Assembly (NCBI GenBank): GCA_040290225.1
Contig: PSMS01000003.1
Location: 1-37,992, forward strand
Length of the DNA stretch: 37,992 bases
Direction of reading: 5' to 3'
DNA from: Patescibacteria group bacterium
GTDB lineage: Bacteria; Patescibacteriota; Minisyncoccia; UBA6257; HR35
Below, piece after piece: positions 1 to 8,685 of the stretch; position 1 is the first letter of the stretch; every line of letters starts with the position of its first letter. Position numbers and translations under genes: made by a program. Under the pieces are notes generated by a model, which worked only from the letters and a program-made list of their open reading frames with translations, searched no databases and was not told the origin of the DNA.

Positions 1-1
1 A

Positions 2-1654
2 ATGCTGTGGCAGAACACCCTCGCGGGCAAGGAACTCCACCCCCGTTATCGCTTCTTGCCCCTAGACACGAAATACTTCAAGGACCTGGAACTCCGGATC
101 ATTGGACTTTTTGACGACCTGGACGCCGCTCTGGACGGCTGGCTGGTCCACAGCGAGAACTACCAGGCACTGAACACGATGTTGCCGAAGTTTCGCGGGC
201 AGGTGAAGTGTATTTACATTGATCCGCCGTATAACTCTCCGGAAACCGAGATTCACTATGTGAATAGGTTCCGGGATGCTTCGTGGATAACTCTTATGGA
301 GAACCGCCTTGAGAAAGCAAAGGAATGGTTGCAAGAGCATGAGTCCGTTGTTTTTGTGGCAGTGGATGACTATGAAGTCATAAACCTTGGTGGACTGTTG
401 ACACAAAAACTAGCTGACTTTGATATAAATATTTTTGTGGTAGTCCATCACCCCCAAGGATCACCAAAGAACAATGTCTCAAGAATACACGAGTACACAT
501 TCGCAGCGATCACCCAAGGTGACGATTTGCTTCGAGTCCCGCGACCATCAGGTCATTCCAATGAAAGGCCTTTTATGCGCACAGGAACGGCTATCAACAA
601 TTTTAGGCACGGTCGCCCTAACAGCTTCTACGCGATAGTGGTTGATCCTTCCTCTGAGCGAATTGTGAGTATTGAAGATCCGCCGCCGATGGGAGCAAAT
701 TATCCGACAGAGCCTACATCAGAGGGTTATTTGCGGATTTACCCCATAGATTCCCAGGGACGCGAGCGAGTATGGAGGAAAACGGCAAATACCGCACGCA
801 AGATGCTGCTTCAAGGGAAACTTCTTTGTCGTCGGACACGGTCGGGATTTACCATTTTTGAAGAGGCGACTGTGGATTTTATCAAGCCAGTCAGCGTTTG
901 GACAGACAGCCGATATAATGCTGGGACACATGGAACTAGCCTGCTCGCCGATTTGTTTGGGACATCTGATGTGTTTTCTTACCCTAAGTCACTATATGCG
1001 GTACAAGATTTTATCGCCTCGGCTACTCATGAAGAACCCGAAGCCTTGATCCTCGACTTCTTCGCCGGCTCCGGCACTACGGGCCATGCGGTCATCAACC
1101 TGAACCGACAGGATGGGGGTAAGCGCAAATACATCTTGGTGGAGATGGCGGACTACTTCTACACCGTCCTGCTACCGCGCATCAAGAAGGCGGTCTTCTC
1201 GGACAAATGGCGGGACGGCAAGGCACAGCCGGAAGGGAAGGGCATCAGCCACTTCGTGAAGTATTACGAACTGGAGCAGTACGAGGATGTCTTGCGTCGG
1301 GCAAGCTATGCCGACGATGCGGACCTCTTCAGCGACCCCAACGAGCCGGTGCGCTATCTCTTCCTGCGGGACACCAAGATGTTGGACAATGCCGAGACAG
1401 GCGAGAAAGTAATGGAAGTGGACCTGGAGAAGGGCACAGTGAAGGTGGACCTGAGCAAACTCTACCGGGAAGGGGATCGGGACATCATTGACCTTGCCGA
1501 GACCCTTTCCAATCTCACAGGCAAGTGGATCAGGCGCATCCACCCCGACCCTGAAGAGCCCACCAAGCCCGGCAAGGTGGAGTTTCAGGATGGCACCGAG
1601 ATTGACTTAAAGAACCCGGATTGGCGGTTGATAAAACCGCTAATCTGGTGGTGA
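2..1654 (+). CDS. mod: Type III restriction-modification methyltransferase (Mod), N6-adenine MTase; probably 5'-partial
   Basis: Catalytic IYIDPPY motif precedes the SAM-binding LDFFAGSGTT motif (beta-class order), with FSYPKS between them. Lies directly upstream of a Res helicase. The ORF starts at the window edge. Confidence 0.93.
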   Translation: MLWQNTLAGKELHPRYRFLPLDTKYFKDLELRIIGLFDDLDAALDGWLVHSENYQALNTMLPKFRGQVKCIYIDPPYNSPETEIHYVNRFRDASWITLMENRLEKAKEWLQEHESVVFVAVDDYEVINLGGLLTQKLADFDINIFVVVHHPQGSPKNNVSRIHEYTFAAITQGDDLLRVPRPSGHSNERPFMRTGTAINNFRHGRPNSFYAIVVDPSSERIVSIEDPPPMGANYPTEPTSEGYLRIYPIDSQGRERVWRKTANTARKMLLQGKLLCRRTRSGFTIFEEATVDFIKPVSVWTDSRYNAGTHGTSLLADLFGTSDVFSYPKSLYAVQDFIASATHEEPEALILDFFAGSGTTGHAVINLNRQDGGKRKYILVEMADYFYTVLLPRIKKAVFSDKWRDGKAQPEGKGISHFVKYYELEQYEDVLRRASYADDADLFSDPNEPVRYLFLRDTKMLDNAETGEKVMEVDLEKGTVKVDLSKLYREGDRDIIDLAETLSNLTGKWIRRIHPDPEEPTKPGKVEFQDGTEIDLKNPDWRLIKPLIWW

Positions 1655-1658
1655 GCTG

Positions 1659-4646
1659 GTGGAGATGGCTAACATGCGGATTTACCTTCAGCAAATGGTG
1701 GAAGCGATCCGAGACGACGACCTGCCGGCGAACTGGCAGGGTATGGACTTGGAAACCTTTTCTCGGGAAAAACGCCTCTGGGACTACCAGCAAAAAGCCC
1801 TTAAAAACGCCTTAAAACTCCTCTGGAAGTACTACGAGGATTTCGGGGACTTTCGTCCTGGCGAAGATTTAAGCATCAACGCCGAGCGTAAGCGAAAACT
1901 CTGGCAGTGGTATCGGGATAACGGCCTTTCGGCTTCTTTGGACATAGAGATAAAACCTGGCCATCGCATTGGAGGTCTTCTCCGAGAATACTACCCCGTA
2001 ACGGACGGCAAAATCGCCTACGAGCATTTCATCAACCGTGCCTGTTTCTGGATGGCTACGGGCAGCGGGAAGACCTTGGTTATCGTGAAACTCATTGAAC
2101 TCCTGTGGCACCTGATGCGGCGGGAAGAGATCCCCAAGAACGACATCCTGGTGCTGACCCATCGGGACGACCTGCTGGAGCAACTTGAACGGCATGTGGA
2201 AGAGTTTAACGAGGACCGAGGGGATTTTCGCATCATCCTTAGAGAATTGCGGTATTATGCCTCTGCCCTGCGGGAAGCCTCCCTCTTTCGGGAACAGGCA
2301 GTTACCGTCTTCTACTACCGGTCCGACAACCTGAGCGATGAGCAGAAGGAAAAGATTGTAGACTTCCGCAACTACGATAACGATGGCCGGTGGTATGTGT
2401 TGCTTGACGAAGCCCACAAGGGAGATAAGGAAGAATCCAAGCGCCAGCACATCTATGCCATCTTATCACGCAACGGCTTTCTCTTCAACTTCTCCGCCAC
2501 CTTCACCGACCCTCGGGACATCGTCACCACCCTTTTCAACTTCAACCTTTCCGAATACATCCGGGCGGGTTACGGGAAACACATCTGTATTCTCAAGCAG
2601 GAGATGCGGGCTTTCCGGGATGGGGAAGACTATAACGGCGACGAGAAGCAGAAGGTGGTGCTCAAGGCACTTTTGATGCTGGCCTATGCCCGAAAGGTCT
2701 ATGAAAACAGGCAGGACAAAAGCGCCTATCACAAGCCGCTGATGCTTGTTCTGGTGAATTCCGTCAACACGGAAGACGCCGATTTGCTTCTGTTCTTTAG
2801 AGAACTGGAGCGCATCGGGAAGGGGGAGATTTCCGAATTGGCTCGGGCGAAAGTTGAGCTCCTGAAGGAGGAGCGTCCCCCCTTCGTGTTCGAAGAGGAG
2901 GGCGCCGAGATTGATGAAAGCCTGCTTGGTAGCCTGACGCCGGAAGACCTGCTTCGCCTTGTCTTCAATGCTGAAAGCCCTGGTGAGATAGAAGTCTTGG
3001 TGCGCCCTTCCGACCGCAAAGAAATGGCGTTCAAACTCAAGAGCACTGACCGTCCCTTCGCCCTTATCAAGATCGGCGACATCTCGGGCTGGCTCAAAGA
3101 AAAACTCGCCGGCTACGAAATCAACGAGCGCTTTGATGACGAAGGATATTTCACTCGCCTAAATGAGGAGGATTCAGAGATCACCATCCTCATGGGCTCC
3201 CGAACCTTCTACGAGGGCTGGGATTCCAACCGCCCCAATGTGATCTGTTACATCAACATCGGGGTCGGGGAGGATGCCCGGAAGTTCATCCTCCAGTCTA
3301 TCGGCAGGGGGGTGCGCATCGAGCCGATAAAGGGGCAAAGGAAGCGCCTTCAGTTTCTTTACAACGCCGGCCTCGTGGATCAGGACAGGTTCAGGGGGTT
3401 AGAGCCGGCTGCCAAGGCGCTGGAGACCCTCTTCGTCTTCGGGACGAAGCGCGAGGCTTTGAAGACGGTTGTGGAAGGCTTGAAACAGGAACACATGCGG
3501 ACCGGAGAGCGTCAACTCACCCTTTTTGAAGTGAATCCCACAGCAAAGGACAAATTGTTACTGGTGCCTGTTTATCAGCTGTCGGAAACGCCCCTTGCCG
3601 CAAGAAGGGAGCTGTCCAAGTTCCCCATTGAGAGTGGGGAGCTGGATCTGCTTCGCCGTTTTGTGGAGAGCACCGACGACCGTGTGCTCCTGATGCTGGG
3701 AAATGGAAATCTTGAGCCCCACAGCCTTCGGCTTCTCAAAAGCAGTTTCTCCGAGCCCGAGCGTTTCTACCGGACCGACGGACAGCGGTCTGGCGATGTT
3801 GTCCGTTTAATGCAGAGGGTGGCAGAGTATCTCGCCATCCGGCCTGAAGAGATAAAGAAGCTGAAGCCCTTGGAGGACGAAATCCGTCACTTCCGTCACA
3901 TCATCGTGACGCTGGAGGATCTGAAAAAACTGGAAGAACTGGAAGAGAAGATGCAAAGGGTCAAGTCTTTCAAGGTTCGGAAGGCAACGTACAGTTATGG
4001 CAAGTCAAGCATTATCATCAAGCACATCGCTCAGCATTACTACCTGCCTGTAGTTGTTGCGGAAAGTGACCGGGTGGACTACATCCGCCACATTATCAAA
4101 ACTCAGAGTGAACGCCAGTTCATTGAGAAATTGGAAGAGTATCTTTCCCAGCCGGACAACAGCTTTCAATTGTTTGACTGGTGGATGTTCAGCAAGATTG
4201 ACGAAAACCTCGATGACGTCTACATCCCCTACTATGACCCCAATGCCAATCGCATCGCCCGATTCAAGCCCGACTTCATCTTCTGGCTACAAAAAGGCTC
4301 GGACTATTTCATTGTTTTCGTGGACCCTAAGGGGACGGAGTATCGGGATGCCGACCGCAAACTGGAAGGGTATCGGATGGTATTTGAGGAAGAGGGTCGT
4401 CCCAAGGAATTCAATTACAATGGAATCAAGGTGCGCGTGCTCTGCTTTTTGTGGACAATAGATCGGGCACTGATTTCCGGCAACTTTAAACAGTACTGGA
4501 TAGACGAAAAATACGGGTTCGATTATTTAGTTAAACGAATCGTGAACCATCTGAGGGGCCGTTCCGGAAAGACTTACGGCCCTGAAGGAAATCCGGGCGG
4601 CCACCGAGGCGGAACTTCAGCGCCTGGAGCGGGCGATATTAGATAA
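1659..4646 (+). CDS. res: Type III restriction endonuclease Res subunit (SF2 helicase plus PD-(D/E)xK nuclease)
   Basis: Walker A MATGSGKT, DEAH box, FSATF, EGWD and QSIGRGVR helicase motifs; C-terminal FKPDF...FVDPKG nuclease motif. Confidence 0.93.
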   Translation: MEMANMRIYLQQMVEAIRDDDLPANWQGMDLETFSREKRLWDYQQKALKNALKLLWKYYEDFGDFRPGEDLSINAERKRKLWQWYRDNGLSASLDIEIKPGHRIGGLLREYYPVTDGKIAYEHFINRACFWMATGSGKTLVIVKLIELLWHLMRREEIPKNDILVLTHRDDLLEQLERHVEEFNEDRGDFRIILRELRYYASALREASLFREQAVTVFYYRSDNLSDEQKEKIVDFRNYDNDGRWYVLLDEAHKGDKEESKRQHIYAILSRNGFLFNFSATFTDPRDIVTTLFNFNLSEYIRAGYGKHICILKQEMRAFRDGEDYNGDEKQKVVLKALLMLAYARKVYENRQDKSAYHKPLMLVLVNSVNTEDADLLLFFRELERIGKGEISELARAKVELLKEERPPFVFEEEGAEIDESLLGSLTPEDLLRLVFNAESPGEIEVLVRPSDRKEMAFKLKSTDRPFALIKIGDISGWLKEKLAGYEINERFDDEGYFTRLNEEDSEITILMGSRTFYEGWDSNRPNVICYINIGVGEDARKFILQSIGRGVRIEPIKGQRKRLQFLYNAGLVDQDRFRGLEPAAKALETLFVFGTKREALKTVVEGLKQEHMRTGERQLTLFEVNPTAKDKLLLVPVYQLSETPLAARRELSKFPIESGELDLLRRFVESTDDRVLLMLGNGNLEPHSLRLLKSSFSEPERFYRTDGQRSGDVVRLMQRVAEYLAIRPEEIKKLKPLEDEIRHFRHIIVTLEDLKKLEELEEKMQRVKSFKVRKATYSYGKSSIIIKHIAQHYYLPVVVAESDRVDYIRHIIKTQSERQFIEKLEEYLSQPDNSFQLFDWWMFSKIDENLDDVYIPYYDPNANRIARFKPDFIFWLQKGSDYFIVFVDPKGTEYRDADRKLEGYRMVFEEEGRPKEFNYNGIKVRVLCFLWTIDRALISGNFKQYWIDEKYGFDYLVKRIVNHLRGRSGKTYGPEGNPGGHRGGTSAPGAGDIR

Positions 4647-4667
4647 GACGTTTCGGAGGAGGTGTAA
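4533..4667 (+). pseudogene. Frameshifted remnant of a type I R-M specificity subunit (HsdS) C-terminus, overlapping the end of res
   Basis: KRIVNHL in the res frame, then after a +1 shift from 4558 AVPERLTALKEIRAATEAELQRLERAILDKTFR, then GAG GTG TAA. This matches the typical HsdS ending RIVAxL...L(E/K)Q(S/A)ILxKAFRGEL. Confidence 0.65.
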
Positions 4668-4672
4668 GGAGA

Positions 4673-4858
4673 TTGAGGGGTATCGAGAAAAACGAAGTCA
4701 ACGAGGCCTTTAAGATTCTCCTGGAGGAGATCGAGGCGATCGTTAATACATTGAACGAGGAAGGCGCGCAGGCTTTCCAGGCTAGCGATTATGAAAAAGC
4801 TAAATCCGCTTGGTATATACTATCCTATTACAAGCTTTTAAACGATTTAGGTGATTAA
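4673..4858 (+). pseudogene. Truncated gene: N-terminal ~44 codons of an R-M-associated (Mrr N-terminal-type) protein running into AT-rich DNA
   Basis: NEVNEAFKILLEEIEAIVNTLNEEGAQAFQASDYEKAK is helical and GC-richer, with purine-rich RBS-like sequence upstream. Base composition drops near 4810 and the frame closes soon after. Family assignment is from memory. Confidence 0.5.
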
Positions 4859-5109
4859 AAATTTAAAATAAAGAGTTATAACATAACCCGAAACGTGAAA
4901 AGCCTATCGTTGGGTAATTTTTGTCCAAATTTAAATTTTGTGTATGGGGTATAAAAAATTCTTACAAAATTTTTTAACTTTGTTCTACTTCTTCTTCTAA
5001 GTATCGGTGTGGGGTAACTTTATCCAAAATGTCGTTAAAATATTGTTAATTGTAATACCTGTTTTATTTTGGCTAAATAACTTCGGGATATTTAAAAGTC
5101 TTTTCCAAT

Positions 5110-6300
5110 CTAAATTTTTGCCAAAACTCTCTTTTTAAACTCTAAAAATCTATTTTCCTTGATTGCTTTTCTTATTTCTTTAAATAAATTCATTATCCAA
5201 AAAATATTATGTTCAACCAAAAGCATAATTCCATAAATTTCTTTTTCTTTTAATAAATGACAAATATAAGCTCTTGAATAATTTTGACAAACATTGCATC
5301 GACATTTAGGATCAATTGGTTTTTTATCAAGCAAATATTTTGAACTTCTTAAATTAATTCTTCCTTTATAACTAAAACCAGCGCCATGCCTTGCCCATCT
5401 TGTTGGAATTACACAATCAAATAAATCTATTCCTCTTTCAATTGAATTAAAAATATCATTAACTTCTCCAATCCCTAATAAATGTCTTGGTTTATTTTCG
5501 TCCAAAAGCGGAATTGTCCATTCTAAAACTTTAATCATATCTTTTTTACTTTTTCCTAAACTTCCACCAATTCCAAAACCAAAAAAGGGAAGAGAATTAA
5601 TAAATTTTGCTGACTCCTTTCTTAAATCTTCATATTCTCCTCCTTGAACAATTCCAAACATTACTTGTTTTTTATTTTTCCCAAATACTTCTAAACATTT
5701 TATTGCCCAACTGTGCGTTCTTTTTAATGCTTTTTTTGTATATTCGTAATCAGAAAGAGGAGAGGTGCATTCATCAAAAGCAAAAATAATATCAGCTCCC
5801 AAAATTTTTTGAACTTCAATTGAAATTTCAGGCGACAAAAACAATTTTTTTCCATTATAAGGAGAAATAAACTCAACCCCATCATCAAAAATTTTGACTA
5901 AAGATTTATTTTTTACAACTTGATGCTCTTTTTTAAATTGATTTTCATCAGGAAAAATATCAGCAATCTTACCAACTCCATGCTCTAAGCCAAAACCCAA
6001 ACTAAAAACCTGAAAACCACCACTATCAGTCATTAATGGTTTATTAATATTTAAAAATTTATGAAGACCACCAAACTTTTTAACAATTTTGTAGCGCTCG
6101 TTATGAAAAAAATGGAAAGTATTGATCATAAAAATTTCAGCACCAAAATTTATTGCTTTTTTAAAACTTAATCCTCTAATTGCTCCTTTGGTAGCAACAA
6201 TAGCTAAGTTAGGAGTATGTAAAATTCCGTGGGGTGTTTTTAAAATTCCTAATCTTGCTTTTGTTTTTTTATCTTTTTTTAAAATTTTAAATTGAAACAT
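5110..6300 (-). CDS. tgt: tRNA-guanine transglycosylase
   Basis: MTDSGGFQVFSL (catalytic Asp), AFDEC, GIVQGG, PRHLLGIG, DLFDCVIPTR and the Zn site CRCNVC...H. Confidence 0.97.
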   Translation of the reverse strand: MFQFKILKKDKKTKARLGILKTPHGILHTPNLAIVATKGAIRGLSFKKAINFGAEIFMINTFHFFHNERYKIVKKFGGLHKFLNINKPLMTDSGGFQVFSLGFGLEHGVGKIADIFPDENQFKKEHQVVKNKSLVKIFDDGVEFISPYNGKKLFLSPEISIEVQKILGADIIFAFDECTSPLSDYEYTKKALKRTHSWAIKCLEVFGKNKKQVMFGIVQGGEYEDLRKESAKFINSLPFFGFGIGGSLGKSKKDMIKVLEWTIPLLDENKPRHLLGIGEVNDIFNSIERGIDLFDCVIPTRWARHGAGFSYKGRINLRSSKYLLDKKPIDPKCRCNVCQNYSRAYICHLLKEKEIYGIMLLVEHNIFWIMNLFKEIRKAIKENRFLEFKKRVLAKI

Positions 6301-7190
6301 CAGTAATAAATTGTTTTAACTAATGGTTCAGGTATTTTCATTTTTATTTTATTGGCGATCGACCACAAAATTGTATCTAATTTATAAGATGGTATTTTTA
6401 TTTTTTGAGAAATTTCTTCTCCTAAAATAATTGTTGCCATTCTTAATTCAATTTCAAACAAGCTTTTACTTTTTATAATTTTTCTTTTTTTAATTTTTTG
6501 AAAATAAATTTTTGATGGAACTATTAAATTAAAATTTAAAAAAAGTTGTGGTAATTTATAATCAGCAAATACTGTTAGTTCTGAAAGCTCATTTTCATAT
6601 TTTTTAGTTAAATTTTTTGCAAGAATCAATTCATAATATAAAAGTTGGTTTGGTTTGAGAAAATAAAAATTTTTGTAATAGTCTTTAAATTTTCTTAGCT
6701 TACAAAGTTTTAAACAAAAATTCAAAGGCTTTTTATTTTCTTCAAAATAGTTATTGAAATCATTATCGTAAGATTTTAAAAAATTAAGAGCTTCTTTAAA
6801 AATCTGATAGCGCAATTTCGCCAAACCAATTTTTTCTTTAGGTGAGATAATTTTTTTAAAAGTTTGAAAGTCAATATTTCTATAGTTTTTTAAAAATAAC
6901 TCTTTAGTTCTTTCTAAAAGTCCATAAAAACCTTTTTGATTTTTATACTGCCAATTGTTTTTGAATTCCCACAATCTAAAATCCAAGCTCCTTAAAATAA
7001 AAATAAAATTAGCCAGTTCATTTTTTTCGATTTTTTGAAGCAAAGATATAAATTTTTCATTTTCGTTAATTTCTTTTAGAGATTGTTTTTTGAGCCAATT
7101 TAAAAAATCTAAATTTGTTTCTTTAATCTTTAAAATCTGAAAATTATAATTTTTGATTTTTTGAAAGATAAAATTTTTTAATCCAATCAT
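6300..7190 (-). CDS. Queuosine salvage family protein (DUF2419/Qng1-like queuosine nucleoside/nucleotide hydrolase)
   Basis: LTVFADYKLPQL, EIELRMAT and LDTILW resemble the family motifs LTMFADYRVPQ, EVEIR and LDxxLW. Its stop codon overlaps the tgt start codon (TGATG). Confidence 0.78.
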   Translation of the reverse strand: MIGLKNFIFQKIKNYNFQILKIKETNLDFLNWLKKQSLKEINENEKFISLLQKIEKNELANFIFILRSLDFRLWEFKNNWQYKNQKGFYGLLERTKELFLKNYRNIDFQTFKKIISPKEKIGLAKLRYQIFKEALNFLKSYDNDFNNYFEENKKPLNFCLKLCKLRKFKDYYKNFYFLKPNQLLYYELILAKNLTKKYENELSELTVFADYKLPQLFLNFNLIVPSKIYFQKIKKRKIIKSKSLFEIELRMATIILGEEISQKIKIPSYKLDTILWSIANKIKMKIPEPLVKTIYY

Positions 7191-7243
7191 TTATATTTAT
7201 AATTTTAATAGAAAAAAGACCGTGATCTAAGAAGGAATAAAAA

Positions 7244-7564
7244 ATGAAACTTTATTGGACAAAACATTCTGAAAATAAGATTAAATTTTATAGTTTATCA
7301 AAACAAAGATTAAAAAGAATTTTAAATAGACCTTATCGTATTGAAGAAGGAATCGCACCAAATACAATTGCAATGATGCAACCTACGAAAATTATTAAAA
7401 AGGGAAATAAAAAAATATGGAAACAAGAGATTTGGATAATGATTCAAAAAACTGAAGAATCTATTAAAGTAATTTCTGCTTGGAAATATCCCGGTATAAG
7501 TCCGCAATCAAACCCAATCCCAATTGAAATCATTAAAGAATTAAAAGACGAAGGATTGATTTAA
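7244..7564 (+). CDS. Small conserved hypothetical protein, DUF4258/RelE-like fold suspected
   Basis: N-terminal WTKHS and C-terminal IKVISAW patterns; clean ATG-started ORF. Confidence 0.6.
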   Translation: MKLYWTKHSENKIKFYSLSKQRLKRILNRPYRIEEGIAPNTIAMMQPTKIIKKGNKKIWKQEIWIMIQKTEESIKVISAWKYPGISPQSNPIPIEIIKELKDEGLI

Positions 7565-7569
7565 AAATT

Positions 7570-7578
7570 TGGTATAAT
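7570..7578 (+). promoter_or_regulatory. Extended -10 promoter (TGnTATAAT) for tRNA-Asn
   Basis: TGGTATAAT lies 37 nt upstream of the tRNA 5' end. Confidence 0.55.
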
Positions 7579-7615
7579 ATAGTTATTAAGCAGACTTTAG
7601 TTATTCAAATTTTAT

Positions 7616-7687
7616 TCCGGGGTAGTTCAGTGGTAGAACGCGCGGCTGTTAACCGCGATGTCGGAGGTTCGAATCCTCCCCCCGGAG
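7616..7687 (+). tRNA. tRNA-Asn (GTT); CCA not encoded
   Basis: Acceptor TCCGGGG/CCCCGGA, anticodon arm CGCGG-CTGTTAA-CCGCG, T arm GGAGG-TTCGAAT-CCTCC. Confidence 0.97.
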
Positions 7688-7753
7688 CCCAACAGAAAAA
7701 CGACTGAATAGATTTTAATTGTACATTAAGTATCTGATTATTACGTAATCTTC

Positions 7754-7783
7754 TTGACAAGGTTTCTTTGTTTAGGTTATAAT
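7754..7783 (+). promoter_or_regulatory. Consensus sigma70 promoter for the 7816 gene
   Basis: TTGACA (7754-7759), 18-nt spacer, TATAAT (7778-7783); Shine-Dalgarno AGGAGGT at 7803-7809. Confidence 0.8.
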
Positions 7784-7815
7784 ATATCTTAGAACACTAC
7801 AAAGGAGGTGGAAAA

Positions 7816-8619
7816 ATGAGTCAGAATCAGGAGAAGTGCGAGAGGTTCTACATCCCCCTTGAGGAGGCGAGGGCCTTGCTTGAGGAGCGACGGCAACAAG
7901 GATGGACTCTAAAAGTTGAAGAATATTGGAGAAAGAAGAGGGGGATACAATTCCCGGAGGAGCTATCGAACCTCAATGATTTGGCGGGCTTTTTGGCCCG
8001 CCACCTCGCAACAGCGAGGTATGAGGATTTCGCTTTCATCCTCTTAACCAAGAGGGCAGGATTGAAACCGACGTGGCTTACCTATACAGCAGACAGGTTT
8101 GTGACCTGTTCGCCGGTTAAGGTAAGTTACCTGTGCCCCAAGATAGTGACAGGTTTTGGACGTCGGGGTGGTCCAATTCTGCGAAAATACCGACTGGCGA
8201 ATCCGAGAGTCGCAGAAAGGAAGCGTCTCTGCGACATCCGGATAAATACCGGAAAAAAGCTTGTCGATTGGCATCGACGGCGTCTTGAGGCAGTTTATCC
8301 GGGAGCTAATGTGGTTGATTTCTCCCGTGTTTTTCAGGCTCGTGGTAACGCGCAGGGGTACTATCCCTTGTTTCTTTCGCTAGCTGTCGCCCACGGGGTC
8401 CTCTTTGAAGACTTTCATGGAGGTGAAAGCGGGGAAAGACTAAACTCCTTTACAAAGGAGGTATTCGAGCCAGCCTTCGACGAGGTAACCAATACATTCG
8501 GTGTCCAGCCGCTTATCGTCAAGCTTCCATGGTGGCCGGAACTTGGATACTATCCCTCTATAAAGCTCGCAACAAACTGGCGCAACCATCGCAGCATCCT
8601 CAAAGACCTCCTCTCTTAA
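7816..8619 (+). CDS. Hypothetical protein (267 aa), GC-rich relative to its neighbours
   Basis: Long ORF with a strong SD, its own promoter and a terminator; no family recognised with confidence. Confidence 0.85.
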   Translation: MSQNQEKCERFYIPLEEARALLEERRQQGWTLKVEEYWRKKRGIQFPEELSNLNDLAGFLARHLATARYEDFAFILLTKRAGLKPTWLTYTADRFVTCSPVKVSYLCPKIVTGFGRRGGPILRKYRLANPRVAERKRLCDIRINTGKKLVDWHRRRLEAVYPGANVVDFSRVFQARGNAQGYYPLFLSLAVAHGVLFEDFHGGESGERLNSFTKEVFEPAFDEVTNTFGVQPLIVKLPWWPELGYYPSIKLATNWRNHRSILKDLLS

Positions 8620-8626
8620 GCTAAGT

Positions 8627-8656
8627 GGGGGCGAGTGTACTCGCCCCCTATTTTTT
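8627..8656 (+). terminator. Rho-independent terminator
   Basis: GGGGGCGAG-TGTA-CTCGCCCCC perfect 9-bp stem followed by TATTTTTT, 7 nt after the stop codon. Confidence 0.85.
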
Positions 8657-8685
8657 CACTTTTATATACTATAATTAAGAAAAAT

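Noticed and set aside
2-1654. Phase-variable simple sequence repeat in mod
   Set aside because: No such tract is visible in the part of the gene inside the window; the 5' portion may lie outside it.
62-4461. Numerous 60-190 aa alternative-frame and antisense ORFs within mod and res
   Set aside because: They are shadow ORFs expected in GC-rich coding DNA and carry no recognisable motifs.
4876-4903. TTATAACATAA near the island edge resembling the XerD arm of a dif site
   Set aside because: Only one arm matches (9 of 11); the sequence after the 6-nt spacer does not resemble an XerC arm, and the region is AT-rich.
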